Positions 12,901 to 26,300 of a stretch of 64,000 nucleotides of DNA are shown here, in pieces. Under the pieces are notes generated by a model that was not told the origin of the DNA, did no database searches, and saw only the letters and a program-made list of their open reading frames with translations. Position 1 is the stretch's first letter. Every line of letters starts with the position of its first letter. A program made the translations under genes and the position numbers. The stretch spans positions 744,001 through 808,000 of the forward strand of contig OZ237767.1 of assembly GCA_965178125.1 (NCBI GenBank), given 5' to 3'. The DNA comes from Bilabrum cf. latius (taxonomy: Eukaryota).

Positions 12901-15900
12901 AACGTCCGGCCTCTCTTTCTTGACTAAAGCTCCAAGGAGCTGGTCCTCAAGGCCAGACATGGTCACTGTGAAGTTGATCACCGTCACCTTGATGCATACC
13001 TCTGGGAGGTAGTGCGGGTTGGGAAGCTTGGTAGACACATACAGTCTAAAATCATCATTGTAGTCGATGTTGTCGTCCCCGAGTCGAATCAGCTTGCGGC
13101 CCTGCTGCGAGAAGACAGCCCTGGCTAGAACAGGGTCCAAGGCAGGGTCCAGGAACTCGCCAATGTCTTCGATCAACAAAGGCCTTCCAAGACGGATACA
13201 GTTGCCTACAGACCGCAGCATGGACTTGTTGGTCAGTCGAGTCACCTCCAGCCCAGCCTTTTGCTGCATGCTCTTGATCCAACGCTTCGCCTGCTCCTGC
13301 GGGTCGATCATCAGGGGCCACCTGCGGCCCCTTGTGACCAGGATGGCATTATCAGTTGAAACTGAGTCTGTTGGCAGCCCATGTAGCTGCCAGTCTCGGA
13401 CCTGCACCGGGTCCCCGAGAGTGTGCATCAGAGTGGGCGACTCGCTCACTGGCACGCCACTCTCTTTGCAGGACTCGAGCCAAGTGCCGAGCAGCTGATC
13501 ACGATAGGTTCCAGTGAACGGCCCAGCATACGACACCAAGCCTGCCGAGAGTAGCACGTCCCCGACCAAGCGTTCGATCTAGTCGGTAAGAGTCTCCACA
13601 GAGGCTTTCCAGCGCACTTGCTCGTCGGCCAGCCCCGTGGTGAGCTTGTCGGCTCTGGCGAGCCGATCTTTGGTCAGCTGGGCCGTCCTCTCGAGGCTCT
13701 TTTTCTCGGCCTCTGTCTCTTGGGCAGTCTTCTACAGCGCAGCGACTTTGTCTAGTACCTCCTGCAAGCTGTCCTGCTTGACCTTGAGTGCTGCCTTAGC
13801 CTCATCCAGTTGGGCATTCATCTCGGCTAGCCTCTTCTTCTTCGGCTCCACGTCCTTGGCTACCAGGGAATACGTGTTGACTGCGTGCACCCAGGAGCAC
13901 ATGGGCCCTGCCGCTGCACTCTTTCTCTGCACGTCCTCTGGTTTCATCAGCGGGTGATCGACGTACTTGCCTCTGATCTTCGACAAGATCTTGGGCTCGA
14001 TGTTGTCCTTGTCGTACTTCATGAGGCGGTCCAGGAAATCAGACCCACTCATGACTCGCTTCGCATTGTCCCAGTCAGGCTTTTCGCCTAGTAGAATGCA
14101 CACCGCCTCCAGCACGACCTTCACTGCTTCGGGTGGGCTAGCGAAGCCCTTGACTTCACCGACTGCAGATTTGGTCAGCTTGCTCAGGTCCTTCTCGGCC
14201 TTCTCCAGAGCTGGAAGTGCCAGGTCTAGATCTGCCTGTGCATCTGCCTGTACCACCTCAACCTCGGCTACTTGTTTCCCAACAGCTTCAGCCTCAGCTT
14301 CTACAACGACTTTGATTTTGTCTGCCTCCTCCTTCTCCCCCGCCACTGTGACGAGAAGCTCAGCCACTTCTTTCTGTTTCGCCTCGAGCTTCGGTTGCAT
14401 CTCTTTCAGCTCCTCCTTCAGTCCCGCCACAGTGGCATTGGTTTCTTCTAATTTGGAGACACCCGTGGCCATGGTGGACTTCTGGTCGCCCAGCTGCTCA
14501 CGCTTCTCCTCGAGCATGGCCAGATACAGGTTGATCAGGTCCAGGTAAGACTTGGGGGTCGTGTATACCTTGCGCTGCAGCTCCTCGTAGAACAGCTCGC
14601 TCTGCCGCTCCACGCTTTGGTGGATAACGCCGCACATTTTGGCCACTGCCTCATTGACTCCGTCGCTGCCGAGGTCTTGCTCCTTCAGGAATTGCCGTGC
14701 AACGCTCAGCAGCGCATCTTCCGGCCATGGCATGTACCAATCGATCGTGCAGCAGTTGATCAGGCTTGGAAACTGCCTGCAACGAACTCGCAGGCTGTCT
14801 CCGACGGGGCTCATGGCCAGGACAATGTGCAAATTGTCGCGAACCCTTGACACAAACATGCGCCACATGTTGTCCGGAGTAGCTGGGATGCCTGCCTTGT
14901 CACAGACGGACCTCAGGCCGTCGTAAATAGCAGCGAGCTCATCTGTCTCCCACAAATTAGGGATTTCTCCCGTGTTGAGCACGTTGTTCACGTCTTCTAG
15001 GAATGCCTCGTCGACGAGCTGGGTATCGGTAAGGAGGAACACGATGTGCTTGCCCTCCATGCCCGACACCCGCATGAGGCTCTTGATGTCCTCACGAAAC
15101 TCTGTGAGGCCATAGACCCTGGTCAACTCGATCTAGAAGCAGCGAATCTCCGCCATCGCACACGCCATCCTCGTCAGGCTCTGCTTCCCACTCCCTCCAA
15201 CGCCCACCAGCATTGCGTTTCCGCGGGGCTGTCGCAGGATTCGAGCGATTCGAGCAACGTGCTCCACAGCATCGCGGAAGAAGACCAGCTTCATCTGGGT
15301 GGGGTTGCTCAGGTTGTACTCCTCCAGCGAGTCGTTCAGTACAGACACGACTCGCGCCATGGACTTGGCTTCTTCATACTTGCCCAGTCCATCGTCTGCG
15401 CGGGGGCTGATGAAATCAACGAACAGGAGAGGGGTTTCTGCCTCGAAAAGCTCCTCCTTGGTCCAGCCCTTGCCCTGCTTGCCCATGACTCTCTTCACCA
15501 GCTCCACCATTGCCTCCTAAAACCACTCCTTGTCCTCGATCGAGACGAGGCGGTCGTGGAACACACGAGAGCATTCGTGGGCCCATAGCCTCGTCATGAC
15601 ATCCCCGGAAGGGCAAGCCTTCTTGCTGATCATGAGGACACCCTGGAAAACCTTCGACACATCGCGGAGGTTAAACGTGTAGTGCGATTTGCTGGGTGTT
15701 GGCCGCATGGCAGTACGAATTTTGTCGTAAATCTCGATCGTGGCTTGCACCACTCGGCTTGACGTGGACTTGACATCCTCGTTGAACGGCTCCAGGAAAC
15801 CGGACAGAATAGAGCCGAAAATGTGCTTCAACACATCCGGGCTTGCAGGTGGTACGCAAAGCACGTGGAAGTGCCTTGAAAAGCGAGGCGTCACCTCTGC

Positions 15901-18900
15901 TCTGCCTCCCCCCGGTGGCGCTGCCGCTGCTACAGTGACCGTGTCGTCAATATTCTTCCAGAACAGCTTGTCGCGGTCATAGAAGCCATGGAAATCAACA
16001 AGCTACCTCAGCAGCTCGATGGGAGGTTGTGCACCATATTCCTCCACCGCTGGCATGTTGACGTCATCCACGAACACAACCGCGCGCTTGTTCGCGGGAG
16101 GCCCTAGCAAATCCTTCTTCTTTCGCTCCATCTTTTCCTCAATTGTAAGTTGAGAACCCTTCGATGGTGTGCGGGCTGAAAAGTTGAGTACAATTGGGGA
16201 CACCTGGATGCCACCATCATAGTCCTGGGCCGATGCGCGGTTCAAGTAGTCCTGCACAACGACAGTCTTACCGGTGCCCGTCAGGCCGGTGAAGAATACT
16301 GGGTACAGCCGTTCTAACTGGGCCTCAAAAACGTAGCTGAACCGCACTGTGTCCACAGTGGGCACCACGAGGGCAAAGTAGGGCAGCGACTTGTCGTAGT
16401 GGAAGTCGTCCACCATGTTGCTCCATTTGATCCAGGGTAGGTCCGGCTTCGAGAGATCAGGGCACACGTCGAACACGGATGCAGTGCCAGGCCATCTCAT
16501 GCGAGACAGCACCGGATGCCCCTTGACGAACTTATCAAATCGCTCCTAGGGAGTGAGGCCGCTCGCGCCTGCCTCGTCCTCTTCATCGTCTTCTCCAACA
16601 GCAACGCCCCCGACGCTGCCACCCACTGTCCAAACGTACGAAAAAGCGAATAAGCCATCGATGGCTCGCTAGGCTTCGTCCTCAGTAATTGTGGTCCAGT
16701 CCAATGCAGCCTGTCCCTTCCGCTCTAGGAAGCTCTACAGCAAGGAGCACAGCGAGGCCGCCAACTGCAAGTCAACGGTCCTGACTGGTTCTACTAGCTC
16801 CTTGCGCTGGAAGTCGAGGCCATCTTGGAAGGACGCGTCGAATAATTCCATGATTCGGAGCCTCAGGGGCTCGGGTACATTATCTGGTACACCGTTTGGC
16901 AACCATGACTGCACGTACGGCTTCCAGCCTAGGTCAGCCGGGGTCACGTAGACAACCCCCAGCCGCGATACGGTTGCAGGACTTGCCTCTTCCAGGTCAG
17001 CAACCTCGAACAGCATTCGCATCTGGGAACGAAGCTTGATTCTCTAGCCATTAGCCAAGCAGAGAGTCTGGTTGTCGTCCAGCACGGTGTTCATGTTCTC
17101 GATCCACAGCGCATCGATCGGACCGTCGAATACGGTCCACTTCCGGTCCTCACCCTCATCGGCGACGTACCGCCGCATGATGCTGGATGCGAGACCATCC
17201 GTCCATTCCTGCGTGACTGGATCCTCTTCGCCATAAAGCTCTCCCATGGAGATGCACTTGGGATTCAGAACGCTCGTGAATACTCGCTGCATCCGCTCAT
17301 CCTCTGATTTCGATTCGCGCAGGGCTGTCATCGACCCTTGCAGCACCTGGTAGATGGTAGTCTTGCCGCCGCCAGTCGGACCAGTCAGAACGACGCCAAA
17401 TCGAACATTGAAGGTCTCGAAAAGCTGCACAACTTTCTTCTCAAACGCCGCAACTTGCTGCAGCCCACGCTTTGCGACTTCCGCCCGGATCGCTACAGCT
17501 AGTTCACCTACGTCGTTGGGTGGGATGCTCACGCCAGGGAACAAATCTCCTACGATAGCATGGAACAGAGGAAGATCCTCTGCCAAGAACTTCGGCACGT
17601 TAGAATCCTGCATGGCTCGAATCAGCACTACGTCTTCGCTGAGGTCAGGATTCTCCCGTTTGAGTGAGCCCGCCATCACTAGCACGCTCTTGACCGCGCG
17701 CATTCCGAAATCGTAGTGGCGCTGCTAGCTAAGCTGCTCAGAAGACAGCTTGTAGAGCTTGGTCATCTTTCTAGCAAGATTTCGTGTGTCCCCGAAGCCC
17801 TCTGCAAACAGGATAATCTCAGCGATGAGGCCGTAGTCGGGCACCATCATGGCTACGGGCCGGAACAGGACCTTGAGGTTGTCGGGCAGCTCGGTTCTGC
17901 CGGCATACCCGGGGTTCATGGTGATGATAACACAATGTGGCAAGAGCTTGATTCTCCTCCCTTCGAATTCCATGTTCGGCAGGCCCTGCAGAATACCTTG
18001 CCGAAGCTGAGTCAGCTGCTGCGCGATCACGGAAAGCACCTCGATGTCAATTCGGTTGAACTCGTCCAGGCATGTCCAAGACCCACTCTGCGCAAGCCCT
18101 GCAAAGTGTTTTCCCATCTGCTTGTACGTGATCTGCTCCGAGCAGTTGAACACGATGCACTGGATCGCCAGCCCCTTGGCCAGATCTTTGCTGCTCTCCG
18201 TCTTGCCAGTGCCGGCGGGTCCCGCAGGCGCCGCCCCCAGCTTGAGAGCCAGCGCTCCTGTGATCGTCATCCAGCAGCGGTCCGTCAGGGGAGTGATCAC
18301 CAGACGACTCATGACGCCCTAGTACTCGTACCCGAAATCGATGGCAGAATCAGATTGCCGAACTAGCACGTGCTGTTTGGTGGTGAGCCACTCATACCGC
18401 AATTGCTGCTGCCACGTGAATTCGCCAGGGGACGACACCTTCTCCTCCACCATGCGGTCCAAGATGTCACGCGCATGTACATCTGTGGTAACCAGAGCAA
18501 CGATCGTTTTCCGCTCGATCTTGCTCAACTTACCGCGGACCAGCTCTGTGAGCTAAGACAGCTGGAACACGTTGAGGTCCAGCCACCTCCGCATGGCTTC
18601 AAGGGGCTCGGCCTCTCTCAGAGCCACCTCTGTGCCTCGGCTCCACTCGATCAGCGACACTGTTGCCACAACCTGCGCGCGGTGCTGCACAACCCAGTCT
18701 TTCCTGTCCTACTCGGCATAGTCTTCCACGCCCTGCTTCATGAGCTGCCTGAGGCTTTCTCGCATGCCCTTCTCCACATCTGTCAGCCAGTCCTCCACGT
18801 TGCCTCGAGCTCGGATATTGGGGGGCAGAGCGACTACCTCCCCCTACGGACTCTCCATGTTGATGATGTCCGTACTACCCACCTCTTCGCCGAAATGCAG

Positions 18901-21900
18901 CTTCACAAGGGCATCGAAACACTTGCGGAGGTGCGGCTGCACTGCTTGCGGGTCCCTGGTCTATGCCAGGATTTCGAGCAACTCGTCATCGGCAAGGAAG
19001 TAGAACCGAGGGAAAGCAGCGCGCTTCGTCTCTAGGTACTCTGCGAGAGACTTTTGGATGACGTCCAGAACTTCGTTATGCTTTGCGAGGCGGTCCTTGA
19101 GTCCTTTTTCGGACCCCACCACTAGAGCTCGTGGGTTGTCGTTGGTCTTGCGCATCATCCCCTTGAAGCTCTTGTCCACAGATGCAAATTTCTTTGCCTC
19201 TTCTGGGAGCTGCCTCTTGATATCATCCGCGCTGAATATTGTCTCGAGGTACATCCAGTTCCTCTAACAGACCAGCCATTCGTCGAGCGTATCTGAGAGC
19301 ACCCGGAGCAACTTCTGCGATTTCTCCACCCTCTCGCGAATCCTGCCCACAAACGGGCTCGCCATAATCGTCGATAGGGTGACCAGCGACTCATCGAGAG
19401 CTGCATACACATCGTCAGGGCCACCCAAAATGAACACGTCCTTGCTTTCCTTGTAGGGAAGAACTGGTAGCTCCAGCTCAGACCACACCGACTCCACCTT
19501 TTTATCATAGAGCTCCAGAAGAGCTGCCTCCTGGGCGGCACGGGTGGCCACTGACTGAATCTCATCTGCCTTCTCAACCAGGCCACTGTTGACAAGTCCA
19601 CCGAGCGTTACGTTGGCCCGCGCCTCCTCATCGAGCTCGGTGTTGAGCGCCTTGGCGATGTCAGTCCAGTGGTCTTCCTCCAGGACTGGCGATCGCAGGG
19701 CCTGCACGGCCGGAGTGATGGTTCGAAACTCCATGACCATTCCTCGAAGCTTCGGAGCTGCCTGGTTGCCAGGCAACTGGCGCTCTGCCTTGGTAGCCGT
19801 CTTGAGGTACGTCTGCACCTACTTTTCCATCTCTTGCGCATCTAGCTGCTCCAGCCTGGAATCGACCCACGTGGCCGTGATGCCTTCCCAGTCTCGCAAG
19901 CCCGACCACAGCTTCTGCTTAATGCCGAGATCCAGTTGCACTTCCTCCAGTTGGTCGTACTCAGCCACCGGTTGCTTCAGCATCTCTTGCCAGTGCGCGT
20001 ACTACTCTGCATCTTCGGCCAGCTCGTGCAGCCGCTTTGCCTGCTTGTCAAGCAGAGCATTGACGTGGGACATGTCAGCGTCAGCATCGCCCACGATAGG
20101 GTCGTCCAAGTGTTCTCGCACCTCTCGAATCGACTTGCGCAGCTTGGGAACCAGCTTGTCCACCATGCTCGCAAAACGACCCGTCTCGTCTCCCAGCCGA
20201 GCCTCGAACGAGCCACTAGAATCTTCAAGCTACTGCATCGTCTGTCGCAAAAGGCGAAGCAAAGCCTGCTCTTGCTCGCCCAGTGGCCACTTTTGACCGA
20301 TGTACATTTCGGCTAGCCTCCGAGTGTGCTCCTCCGCATTGCGCAGCGTAGGAAGCCGATCCTGAGCCTTGTACAGAGTCTCAACCTTGCGCACGAAGGG
20401 ATCAACCTCATCGACATCCTCAGTGAGTATCTTGCAGTAGCTCTACGCCTCTGAGAGCGTCTCTTCCCCGCTTGCCTTGAGCAGCTTGGGGATGAGATGC
20501 TTGAGAGCCTCCAACGCGCGCTGAGGGCTCGGGAGCAGGAACAGCTTGAGCTCTTCCGCATCTAGCCGCGAAATGCCTATGTCAGCCGAATAAGGGATAG
20601 ACTGGAAGTCGTCAAACTAGGCGCGGTACTTCGAAATGGCGCCCTGCAGCACATCCAACGAGCTGCTCGCGTTGAACTCCTGGTCGAGGTTCTGGATGCG
20701 ACTCTTGTTGGCAACATGTAACTGCCCATACGGGACGAAGACCTCGCTAAACTCGAGAGCTTGATGCTCGCAGTAATCAACTGCAGCGATTAGAGCGTCC
20801 TGGATGCGGCGGAATTCGGGATGAGTGGCCACACGGGCCTGCAGCGAATCGCCCACTGCGCCGCCATCTCCACCGTCGTCATCGTCGTCGCCGGCCCCGC
20901 CTGCCGCAGGACCACCAGCCTCATCCTCCCCGGCAGCCGACGTATATGGCCTCAAGTCCTCATGCTGAAGCATCGGAGGCATAGCAGTTGCAACAGCCAT
21001 TGCTCTCGCAAGCAGTGCAGATAGGCGTGACTTGACAGTCTCCGCAGAGGGCTCGAGCCCAATACGAACGCTCGGGAGCTGTTCCTGGGCATCCTCCGGC
21101 TCCTCGTTGAGAGCACCATCATCCGCGGACTGCTTGGATTCCGATGCACCGGCCCCTGTCGTAGCATCGCCCGCCTGAAAGCTGCCAGGCCCATCGCGTC
21201 CGGCCGGCATCTCTTCGTCCTCACCGACAGACACTGCACCTAAGTCAGCCTCCAGATCACTGGACTCAGGCTCGACCTCGTCAAGTCTGACCAGCATCTC
21301 AAGCAGCGGGACGCGGGGCTGCACCAGGCCATCTAGTCCGCTGCCAGCCAATGACTCTAGAGTCGTGGTACTCTGAACAGTCTTCCCGGCTTCATCCCCT
21401 GGTTCCCCTGCGTCTTCATCATCCTCTTCATCCAGACCTGAAGTGCCCTTCTTCTTGGGCGGGGCCAGGTCCCGCTCCTTCTTGTTGAGGTCCCTGCGGA
21501 TGATGCGCCGAGGAGTACTCTCGCCGGTGGGACGTACTGCCTCCAGCAAAGCAGCGGCCGAGTCGAGTGCTAGGTTCAGCAGGGCGTCTTGCACTGTGAA
21601 ATCACACACTCGGATGAAACGAGTCAGTGACCCGCATTGACCCCGCAGCGATGCTCGCTCCATGAATGTCATCTTCGTATCTCCATTGATCTCCTGCTTC
21701 TCCAAGAAAGCATGCAGTACCTCGTCGCACGCTCCACGCACAAGCAGGCGGACATCATCAGAGAACTCGGCCAGCCACGTGGCTACTGCTCTCCGCTTGG
21801 CGGCCTGTGTGGCGGTGAACTCGGCGATGGAATACACCCTGAGAGGGTCCACGTGAAATAGCCTCCACTTTTTTACGGCATCGCACAGGCGCCTCACGCG

Positions 21901-23239
21901 GCCTACGCATGTCCTCAGCACCGGATCCAGCACGAAGAGAGACTTGGACACGGCTCGGCTGGCATCGAATGCCTTGCGGCGCTGCAGCATCTGTTTCCAG
22001 CCGGTGAATGCCTTCCACCTGCGGTACAGCCGGAAGAAACGGACCTGCAGGATCCTCTGGAACATGCTGAACTCCCTATCCCACGCAGATAGGGGCGTGA
22101 AGTCGCTCGAGTCGCCGACAAACCTGGTTACGCCTCCCTCTGACAGGGTCATGTAGTCGCTAGGATCCACCTCCTGCGCCGAGCACACCTCGAGATCGTA
22201 TGCGCCTGCCCCGTTACCACGCTTGCGCCGAAGGTATACGAAGTTGCCGGCCTCGAGTTGCGCCACGTCCCCAGGCCCCACGCCCAGGGCCTGCAGGAAG
22301 CTGCCACGCCACGACGAGGACCCTGTGCCCACTCCGATCGCGGCGCCTCCGCCCGCCGCGGCAGACCTGCGCCCCCCCCTCGCCAGGGACCCGCCCAGTC
22401 GCCGAGACCCTGCGAGTGCCTCCGCATCGGCCTCGGTCCTCTTGGATTCGGAGGAATCATGGGCGTCCTTGCCCTCCTCTGGAGCTGAGCGTGGCGCTGC
22501 AGATGGTACGCCCGGTAAAGAAGTCAGAGACCCATCCGGTGCCAGCTGTCCCGCCCCCAAGCCCTCCAAAGCCACCGCCCTTCTTGCTCCCAGGCTGGGT
22601 CCGCGCCTGGTCCCGGGTTTCGAGGAGTGGAGACTCGCGGCACTGCGATTTCCTGCTAGCGTCTTCCCACCCAGTGGCTTCAGTCGTCCTCCAAACAGAT
22701 TGGGTTTGTGACGTTTGGGTAGAGCAGGGAGTGATGCGGCGGATATTGCATGTGGATCAATGGCAGGCACCGGCAGTGACGGCAGCGTCCGGTTGCCGCC
22801 TCCGCTGCCACTTCGTGCATGCCCGTCGCTGCCCCCACTCGTCTCGATCACCACATTAAGCAGTCTGCTTGCTCTCTGCAAAACTTAAAGGATATGATGG
22901 TGCCCCAATACTGACATGGATATCACAGTGCCATGCGAGTGCAGCAGAACTACAATGATGGCTGCATGGAGACCTTAAATGCCGGTACAACACCACTTTA
23001 CGACTCACACCGGTGTCTGCAGTTTCTCTCATTGATGCGGCACTCCTACGACCATTCCCACCATCCTGCTCGACTCCTGCGCCCCGTCTCAGCGTGGGCT
23101 CGAGTGCCAAGCTGCCAGTTGAAGTTGTGTGTCCAGATTGGCCAGATGCCAAGACCAGCGATGGTGAATCTTCAGAGAGTCTAGCATGATGAATAGACCC
23201 GCTCGCAAATAACTGTGAAGCTAGGTCTGAACCGTCCAT
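9982..23239 (-). CDS. DNAH6: Axonemal inner-arm dynein heavy chain, DNAH6-like, ~4370 aa; exon 1 23239-23009, intron 23008-22876, exon 2 22875-9982 (TAG=Gln)
   Basis: All dynein ORF fragments lie in one frame separated only by TAG. P-loops [24 protein letters not shown] and [52 protein letters not shown]-terminus [21 protein letters not shown] then TGA. A phase-0 GTGAGT..TTTTGCAG intron links to a candidate ATG at 23239 (start less certain than the rest). Confidence 0.93.
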
Positions 23240-23348
23240 GATAGCTTGAACTTGTGCATCCCGCATGGGGATCCGTTGGCCTAAAAGTGCTCGCAACAAT
23301 TGCAGGATGCGGAGTCCGCTGCTTCCTAGTCAAAAACGATTGGTCTCG

Positions 23349-26300
23349 ATGGCTTTTGTCCATGGCAAACATACTGGATGGACCACACATATATCGTGCA
23401 ATGACAGCTCCAGGCGCTTGTCTCAAAGCGAAGCCGAAGACCAGGAGGAGCAGCAAACTCAGGACGATCAGCTTGAGCCAATATTGGAACCAGTAGCCCC
23501 CTTGCAGGGAGACCATGCTAGTAGGAGTGACTCATTGTATGATGGCATTGTTGTTCCTCTTAAATCCAGGGTGTTTCATGCGTGTAAATCTGCCTGGGTG
23601 GCAAATCATGGCGTGGTCGTGAACCTGGCGGCTGCGAAAGTCTCTCTTGAACAAGCCGTAGAAACCAGAAGGTATCCGCACGTAGACGTATACTGGGGAG
23701 ACTATTCTCCACCAATGATAAACCACAATGCAACAATTTTTTTGAGCACAACAGCGTCGACACGGCATGCGATTGGATAGGCAGTCTGCGAAGCGGCATC
23801 GAGCAGCAGACAGGCTGTTGCCATGTTACAGGGAGTGTTGCACGTACTTGCTGCCATAGGATGTACATCAGGGCCTGACCAACTCCTGTGTGATGCAAGC
23901 ACATTGCTGATCGAGGTCCGGAGGGCTAGCGAGAAATCTGCGGCGGGGGTCGTGCTATCCAGGGTATACGCGAAGCAAATGTGCGTAGAACTGCACAGGG
24001 TAGTACCTCTGCGAGGAAATGGTTCCGGGGATTCATTAGACACTCTCACAGAACCTCTACCACGTGGAAGAGCAGCGTCGGGTGTTTTGGACATTCTAGT
24101 GCAGCTGGGGGCTGGGGCGGACAAGGGAGATCGGCGGCTGGCTGGGATCGGCACGGGCTCTGGCGTGCAGTCCTTCCAGTGCTTATGGGCAGGGAGGCCC
24201 ATCCCATCGATCAGTGGCTGCCGCCGCCGTTGGGCCAACACCCGAGCCAGCCTCCTGCACTTGCTCGGGACAGGGAGACCGCCGGCGGAAGCTGAGCAGA
24301 TTCTTGGGTCTGTGCTGCGAACATTAGGAGCTGTGCTTCACCTTGGTAATGCTGGACTGCAAGTAGACTCAGAGGCGGTATCAGATGGCGACTTGGGTGG
24401 CTGTCGTGGCAGCAGCCGAGCACGCGGCCCCCTCCAAGCAGCTGCCTCATGCCTTGGGGTGCGCCCCTCTGAACTAGAGGGGGCCGTGCTCGCACAGTCG
24501 GGGCAGATCGACTTCTACAAGCTCGACCGAGTGATCAGAGCTGTTTATCTACGGCTGCACGATTTTCTCGTGTCAGAATGTAACCGCGCCCTCGCGGCAG
24601 CTGTGGGAGGCGCAGCCAGGTCAAAGGGCAGTTCGGTGGCAGAGGACAGTGCAAGCTAGAGTGAGAGCATGAGTCAGCTCTTCGTCGCAACTGCCGGTTA
24701 TGTGTTGCGCAATCCAAGGCCTTCGTCGATTAATCGAAATGCTGCCGGTGAGCTGGAGCGAAGGCTGTCGCTCCGACGGCGCCTAGAGTTGGTGGCCCTG
24801 CGAGCTTGTGTCAAGCGAGGGGTGCAAGACGGGCATGTGCAGGGCTAGTTCGCGCCAACTGGTGGTGAATCGTTCGCACGCATCACATCTAGGATACAAG
24901 CAATCGAGCTGTCTTTAAAGGTGGAGCCATCAATGAGATGGCAACATCCAGAAGCCCCGCAGGCTGATTCTACAACGATCGATGAGCACGTGACAGACCG
25001 ATGCTGGACCAAGCCTGCTCGGGGTGAGGAACACCCTGTAGTGGGCTTTGGTACTGTGGGTGACTATGACACGCTGTAGTTGGGGGCATCTTTCATCAGT
25101 ATCATCTCTAGTGCAGAAGGCTCCAGAGAGGCCCATGGAGGTGCCAATAAAGCAGAGGCAGAGCAGGTGCTCTCCTAGGTTGCGGGAGTGGATCACGTGC
25201 GAACTCATTACGTAATTGCGCCGCGCCGTGATAGCAAGAGTGCACTAGCAAGCAGTGCTGACGGTGGGCTTTCTTCTGATTGTTTCGACTGGGGCTTCGT
25301 GGATGCCTAGTTGCAGGACCTGTTGGTATACGACCAAGAAATTGATTTTGTGCAGACTCTGGGTCGTACTGCGAGCTTGAGCCATTTAGTATCAAGGTTT
25401 AGGTGCTTTTCAGCGGGTAGCTCAGAGGCTGCCAAGCGCGATGCGAGTCTTACAGATTGTGCTGAGACAGTGAAGGAGCTACTCGCTACAGCCCGTCGGT
25501 GCTGGTTCGCGCTCCGAGGCACCTCATGTGAGTGCCCGATTCCTGAGGCTGTCGTACGCGCACAAACCAGTACGGATTCAATACCATCCCTTTGCGATGA
25601 CAGCAGTCGTACTGTGGCATTTGTTCATTTGGGGCAAGTGCGGGTGCCTTGCAGCGTGCTTCTCCCTGTTGTTGTGCTGCGGCATGACGTGCAAGCAATT
25701 GCAGCTGCCAGGATCGCAGCTTTCCTTGCTGCTGCTACTGCCAGGCTGGTACGGAGCCGTAAACAAAAGGCCGCCATCGGAATGCAACGAGCTATTCGCG
25801 GTCACATTACCAGGCGATTGCTGGGAGCACTCTGGGAGCTTGCAGTGGGCGAGTGGCTGTGCAAGCAGTTGCTATGTGAGATGTAGCAAGGCCACCTGAT
25901 TGCCGCTGCTGCGCTTCATCAGTGCAGAGCAGGTCTAGTGGAATGCAAGTCTGTAGTCTCAATAGTGGCCAATGCATCCAAAGCGCTTGATAGTCCTGGA
26001 CTAGGGAGGCGCTTCCATTCTCGCGCGATTGACCTGTAGTCTGAGTGTGATGGGGCGCTATAGCGCTTGGCTCGCGTATCTTCCAGCTGTAGTGACTTGG
26101 TAGACAGTCTGCATGCATCTGATAAACAGGCTTAGGCACTCTAGAGTGCCGTATAGAGCCTGTAGCACCGGATTCAAGCGAACTGCGACAGGATGCTGAA
26201 GCTGCGCTTGACCAATGGCAGTATGGGTGTGCTTGAGCACCTTCGACGGCAGATCCGGCACACCGATGCTCTACATCCCCTGTTGCAACGTTTGCTACAC

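Noticed and set aside
9982-22875. Dynein and neighbouring genes as pseudogenes or C-to-T damaged/erroneous sequence
   Set aside because: Every interruption is TAG, with no TAA, TGA or frameshift, and catalytic motifs are intact. Random decay or deamination would also create TAA from CAA and TGA from CGA.
9982-22875. TAG as pyrrolysine, Trp via A-to-I editing, or Leu/Tyr
   Set aside because: TAG sites align with conserved Gln and hydrophilic positions, not Trp or hydrophobic ones, and are far too frequent for a programmed special residue.
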